Below, in pieces: positions 59,655 to 64,000 of a stretch of 64,000 nucleotides of DNA; the stretch's first letter is position 1, and each line of letters begins with the position of its first letter. The position numbers and the translations under genes were made by a program. The stretch comes from Promethearchaeota archaeon (GTDB lineage Archaea; Asgardarchaeota; Lokiarchaeia; Sigyniarchaeales; SOKP01): contig JAEOTA010000073.1 in the NCBI GenBank assembly GCA_016840085.1, positions 32,001 through 96,000 on the forward strand, read 5' to 3'. The notes beneath the pieces were generated by a model. The model was not told the origin of the DNA. It ran no database searches and saw only the letters and a program-made list of their open reading frames with translations.

Positions 59655-61829
59655 TTAAAAAATCTTTAATTTGAGATGAATTTCTAATTTTTTTTCAAGT
59701 TTAAAAAGAGGAGTGATGTTTATTCCTTGGTATATCTTTTTATATCCCTCTTCTGTATAGGCATAGGCGATTATTGGAAATTTAATAATTTTACTGGAGT
59801 TTAAGTCCCCCGAAATTGACAATTCAAGGTTTAAATCATAAGTTTCATCATATGCTTTAAAATGATCACCATCATATTGAAAGGGTTCTAATATATCTTC
59901 TTCGATCTCATCTTTAAATGTAACTTGTTTGCTCTCCCATTGGAATTTATTTGTGTCCCCATTGAAGAAAAATGGAATGTCGACTGCAATTTTCAAATTT
60001 TTGATTATATGTTTTAACATATCTTCCTTTCCGGAAATTTCCTCAAAAATCAATCTTATAACAACCTCAATCTCGTTGTCTTCTACATATATATCTTTAG
60101 TTATACGTGCTGGATTTTTTTCATCGGATTCTGTATCTTTTATATTTCCAATACGTTCCATTTCTATTATGGCCATCTCTCCTTCTTTTTCACTGCTAGT
60201 AATCCGAAAATCTTTATCTACGAAATCTCCAAATTCATAGTAATCATCTGTTTGAAGTTGCTCTAAAGTTACATCATCATGTAAAAATCTCAAACGTAAC
60301 ATGTTCCTTTTGAATCTATCAACCAACACATCTTTTGTTTCAAGCTTTTTACTTTCATGATAAGCTTCAGGCCATCTTGTTAATGTATTAAGTAAATTAT
60401 ACGATTTAGGTTTATAATCAAATTCAAAAACCGTTCCACCATCACTAGGATTGATATAAAGATTAAGTAAATTTGATTCAATTATAAATTCTGTTTTGCT
60501 ATCCTTATTGAAATCAAGTGGAGTTATATAGACATAAGATTTTAAATCTGGATTAATTAGAGAATTGATATCATCTATAATTTTTTCAGCATTTATCAGA
60601 TGGGTATAAACAGAAAACCGTAAAAATTGTAAATAAACCCCTCCAAATAAACCATGCCAATAACAATCATTACATTGAGCTTTGTATATTTCATCCCATG
60701 CTTCGTTAATTTTTTCTAAAATTTTAGAAATAAGATTTTCATCCTCAATTTTTAATAGACTTTCTTCTGTAGAAATTAGTGCATTTCTAACGTGAAGCAT
60801 TTTTTTATGCATATTATTAGACTCAGGATATTTTACAAGAAAATATCTCCAAAATCCTCCCTTTAAGAATTGATATGTTTCTTTCTTTTCTTCATCATCT
60901 TTGAGAGATTTCCTTATTCTTTTAAAATTTTTGCGAATTTGAGTAGGTAAGACCCATTCTTCCATCTTATCATAGCTAGCAGTAGGGAGATATATTAAAT
61001 CTTTTGCTGGAAATTTTTCCATGTATTCTGTAAGGGTTATAGATTTTATCCATCTATTCTTTCTGATTTGTTCAAAAAAAGCAGGGATAAATGGCTTTCC
61101 TTCGTCTCCATCTTCATGACCATAACCATCAATATAACAAATTTGATGCGTTGTGCCCCATACGCCCATCTTTTCGGCGTCAGATATTAAAAGAGCAATT
61201 CTATCTCCTTCCATATCAGCTAGTTTCTCTAAATAGTCGATGGAGTAATATGTGGGTTTCCAAGGCGTCAGATATCTCAAATCTTCATTAATGGAAAATA
61301 TTCGTAATGTTTTTCCCTCGTCCTCAGTAGTATAGGAATAAAGTGTATCATCTTCCGTTATTCCCGTCGATCTAAAGTGATTATCATCAACAATAACATA
61401 TTTTAACCCCGCATCATTTAGAAATGAAGGATAATCTGGTTCCCATACCCGTTCCGATAACCAAGCTCCTTTTACATCTAAATCGAATTCTTTTTTAATA
61501 AAATCAGATAATTTTTTTATTTGTGCAATTTTATCTCTATAGGGAATGATAGCAAAGATTGGCTCATAATACCCTCCACTGATTATTTCTATTTGTCCCC
61601 TTTTTGCTATAGTTTTTAATTTTTCTATAAATTCAGGCTTATTATTTAAAAACCATTCTAATAAATTCCCTGAAAAGTGTAAGGTGAACTTGATATCAGA
61701 AAACTTGTATATATTATCAATTAAAGGTTCATATGACTTTTTGTATACGTCTTCTATGACGTGATGAAAATTATCTACTGGTTGATGAAAGTGAAAGATA
61801 ATAGGCAAATGAATACTTTTTTCACTCAT
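59655..61829 (-). CDS. GH57 4-alpha-glucanotransferase / alpha-amylase
   Basis: HFHQP, GGYYEP, WLSERVW (nucleophile Glu), SDAEKMG (acid/base Asp), QCNDCYWHG, C-terminal beta domain. Confidence 0.92.
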   Translation of the reverse strand: MSEKSIHLPIIFHFHQPVDNFHHVIEDVYKKSYEPLIDNIYKFSDIKFTLHFSGNLLEWFLNNKPEFIEKLKTIAKRGQIEIISGGYYEPIFAIIPYRDKIAQIKKLSDFIKKEFDLDVKGAWLSERVWEPDYPSFLNDAGLKYVIVDDNHFRSTGITEDDTLYSYTTEDEGKTLRIFSINEDLRYLTPWKPTYYSIDYLEKLADMEGDRIALLISDAEKMGVWGTTHQICYIDGYGHEDGDEGKPFIPAFFEQIRKNRWIKSITLTEYMEKFPAKDLIYLPTASYDKMEEWVLPTQIRKNFKRIRKSLKDDEEKKETYQFLKGGFWRYFLVKYPESNNMHKKMLHVRNALISTEESLLKIEDENLISKILEKINEAWDEIYKAQCNDCYWHGLFGGVYLQFLRFSVYTHLINAEKIIDDINSLINPDLKSYVYITPLDFNKDSKTEFIIESNLLNLYINPSDGGTVFEFDYKPKSYNLLNTLTRWPEAYHESKKLETKDVLVDRFKRNMLRLRFLHDDVTLEQLQTDDYYEFGDFVDKDFRITSSEKEGEMAIIEMERIGNIKDTESDEKNPARITKDIYVEDNEIEVVIRLIFEEISGKEDMLKHIIKNLKIAVDIPFFFNGDTNKFQWESKQVTFKDEIEEDILEPFQYDGDHFKAYDETYDLNLELSISGDLNSSKIIKFPIIAYAYTEEGYKKIYQGINITPLFKLEKKLEIHLKLKIF

Positions 61830-61869
61830 ATTAATGATTCCACTTTTTTGCTCATTGGTTAAATATTAG

Positions 61870-61896
61870 TAATAATAATAATAATAATAATAATAA
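61870..61896. repeat. (TAA)9 trinucleotide microsatellite in a 95-bp divergent intergenic region
   Basis: taataataataataataataataataa between the GH57 and kinase start codons. Confidence 0.9.
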
Positions 61897-61924
61897 AATA
61901 TAATTTCTACTTTATAGATTTTGA

Positions 61925-63652
61925 ATGGTTTTTATGAGTAATTATTTTGATAAAAATTTGATTCAAGGAATTTATAATTCGAATGAGTTTAAAGGGTGGC
62001 TTCTCTCAAGAAGATGGTCGGGGCTAAGTTTGGTATCAAACTTAGAATTTAATATATCTATTGATTATTATAAAATCATTGCCAACAGGATATTTCTAAC
62101 TATTATTAAGATTGAGGGTCATGAATTTTCTAAAACTTATTTTCTCCCTCTAATATATTACGAAAAAATTGAGAATATTCTAGAACCCACTGAAAAAACA
62201 AGAGAAAATATTATAAAACTAACAGAAAATACCTTCAGCAAAAAAATGGCTATTACTATTGAAAATGAACAAAAGGTAATAACACTTAATTTATTGGAAG
62301 CAGAATTTTGTCTTTACTTTTGGAAGCATATGTTATTCGATAGTAATATTTCTGAAAAGTTTCCATCTATGAACTTAGAGTTAACACTCTATACAAAACA
62401 ATTCGAAGATGAAATCAACATGAAAAAGGTCCAAAATTTAATAGAAGCAGGGTTATACACTGATAGATATGAATTTTCAATTCAGCAATTAGGAAAAGGA
62501 AACACAACTAACATACTATTTTTACTAAGTATTTCCAATAGGAGAAACCCTAATCAAAAACCAATTTCATATGTCTTGAAATCTTATAAAGATTACTCTG
62601 TAAGCTTAGAACCGTCTACCTTATTTGTACTCGTCAAAAATAAATTTCCTAATGCACCAAAGATATATGGTACAATAAAAGTGCAAGAAAAAGAAACTAT
62701 TGGAATTATCGAAAATGTACCAAATATTGGAAATTTAGGTGATATATATTGGAGTGAAATAAATACCATGATCAATAATGTGTTTAAAAATGTCAATGAC
62801 AATTATTCCCTATATAGTGATAAAGCAAACATTTCGAAATTAATAAAAGAGAATTGCACAGAAACGTTAAAAGTATCAACTGAAATTGGGGATTATATTA
62901 AAAATTTACATGCATTTTTAATTATACCAGAACAAGCAGAATATAATTCAGAATCCGTGGAAAGTTCTGTTTATCTTAAAGATTATACAGAAAAACTCAA
63001 CGCTATTATCTCAGAATTGTTAAATTACATGACTCAACAGCCAGAAAGCGCATTTTTTAATTTACCAAAAATTAGTTCCATCTTAATTGATATTAAAGAT
63101 ATTATTGAAAGATTTCGTGCTGAGTTTGAAAAATCAAAAATCACAATCCAACCAGTTCATCAAGATTTACATATGGAACAAATTCTTTATAATAAAATTG
63201 ATAATCAATATAATTTCTACTTTATAGATTTTGAAGGAGATCCACAACTTTCTTTAGAAGAAAAAAAGGGAAAATTCCCTGTTGAAAAAGATTTAGCTTC
63301 TTTTCTAAGAGCATTAAGCTATATAAAATTTAATACTTTGCTTAAATTTATCGAGAATAAAATTATTCGAAAAGGTAGATATGAAGTGCCTGAAGAGATT
63401 CTTTATAATCTATACTTCAGAAGAGCTGCGAGACCTTTAAATAAAGTTCTAGATATAGTTCTGGATGTTTTAAACACGTGGGAGATCAAATTAATGGGTA
63501 AAATCTTGAAAAATCTAAATCTAAGTTATATCTTAATCACATATTTCTATATTGAAAGAGCATTACACGAATTAAATTATGAAATCCTCTTTCGACCTCA
63601 TAAAATAATTGTTCCTGTATTAGGGTTAAAAGAAATTGTGGATAAAAGCTAA
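61925..63652 (+). CDS. Maltokinase (Mak/Pep2)-like APH-fold sugar kinase
   Basis: WLLSRRW cap, HQDLHMEQIL catalytic loop, IDFEGDP, KDLASFLRALSY, ERALHELNYEILFRP. Confidence 0.78.
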   Translation: MVFMSNYFDKNLIQGIYNSNEFKGWLLSRRWSGLSLVSNLEFNISIDYYKIIANRIFLTIIKIEGHEFSKTYFLPLIYYEKIENILEPTEKTRENIIKLTENTFSKKMAITIENEQKVITLNLLEAEFCLYFWKHMLFDSNISEKFPSMNLELTLYTKQFEDEINMKKVQNLIEAGLYTDRYEFSIQQLGKGNTTNILFLLSISNRRNPNQKPISYVLKSYKDYSVSLEPSTLFVLVKNKFPNAPKIYGTIKVQEKETIGIIENVPNIGNLGDIYWSEINTMINNVFKNVNDNYSLYSDKANISKLIKENCTETLKVSTEIGDYIKNLHAFLIIPEQAEYNSESVESSVYLKDYTEKLNAIISELLNYMTQQPESAFFNLPKISSILIDIKDIIERFRAEFEKSKITIQPVHQDLHMEQILYNKIDNQYNFYFIDFEGDPQLSLEEKKGKFPVEKDLASFLRALSYIKFNTLLKFIENKIIRKGRYEVPEEILYNLYFRRAARPLNKVLDIVLDVLNTWEIKLMGKILKNLNLSYILITYFYIERALHELNYEILFRPHKIIVPVLGLKEIVDKS

Positions 63653-63671
63653 ATTTTTTTCTTTACTTTAC

Positions 63672-64000
63672 TTAATCAACTTCTTCTTCAGGTATTTTGG
63701 CAAATTCAAAGGAAAAATGTGAAGATGATATTTCTACGGGCTGAACCTCTTTCAGATAGGCACTCTTAATTTTACTTTGATCATCGATTTTAGATGTGGT
63801 CCAATTTGCGTTAAATTCGCCTTTGTTAAATAATCTCCAGATGAAACCTTCAACAAATTTTTGAGGACCAAATTTATTATCTATTAATATATGATTATTT
63901 TCACCAATAAATTTACGAAAAAATCCAAGATTATCACATAAATCTAATTTATAATCAATATCATCCAATTTGCCATAGATTCTTGCGCAATCATTTATTA
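63672..64000 (-). CDS. Hypothetical protein, 5' end truncated by the window edge
   Basis: Frame stays open upstream of TTG 63968 (INDCARIYGK) to the end of the window. Confidence 0.6.
   Translation of the reverse strand, partial: INDCARIYGKLDDIDYKLDLCDNLGFFRKFIGENNHILIDNKFGPQKFVEGFIWRLFNKGEFNANWTTSKIDDQSKIKSAYLKEVQPVEISSSHFSFEFAKIPEEEVD

Noticed and set aside
1-64000. rRNA, tRNA, integrase or prophage genes
   Set aside because: No GC-rich structured RNA segment or mobile-element protein motif was recognised

Overview
AT-rich (roughly 30% GC by eye) archaeal chromosomal segment, almost certainly from an Asgard archaeon of the Lokiarchaeia. This is inferred from a Rab-like small GTPase without a prenylation tail, a gelsolin-domain protein, two longin-like proteins, a Loki-CTERM-like sorting tail, GGTGA/GAGG ribosome-binding sites and TATA-like promoters. 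About 55 genes, mostly metabolic or membrane: beta-oxidation enzymes, a sphingosine-1-phosphate-lyase-like enzyme paired with an Fe-ADH, a bacterial-type cooF-cooS-FNOR CO dehydrogenase operon, an AOR-family oxidoreductase, a sulfatase/alkylsulfatase/phosphatase scavenging island, three tandem ICMT/PEMT-family methyltransferases, and a GH57 glucanotransferase divergent from a maltokinase-like kinase. No rRNA, tRNA, CRISPR array or transposase was recognised. Best candidates for undescribed systems: (1) an ABC exporter followed by membrane-anchored bacterial-PH/XRE-HTH fusion regulators, with a repeated TGTTAA-N6-TTAACA palindrome in its promoter; (2) a soluble and a receptor-like protein sharing a longin-like module, the soluble one near a Rab-like GTPase; (3) a CWH43/PGAP2IP-like membrane EEP enzyme and an SPL-like lyase resembling eukaryotic lipid-remodelling enzymes. 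Also seen: two disrupted genes, several unannotated small ORFs, a 118-bp tandem duplication with conserved hairpin arms, and a (TAA)9 tract in a divergent promoter. Family assignments come from motif recognition by eye; no searches were run.
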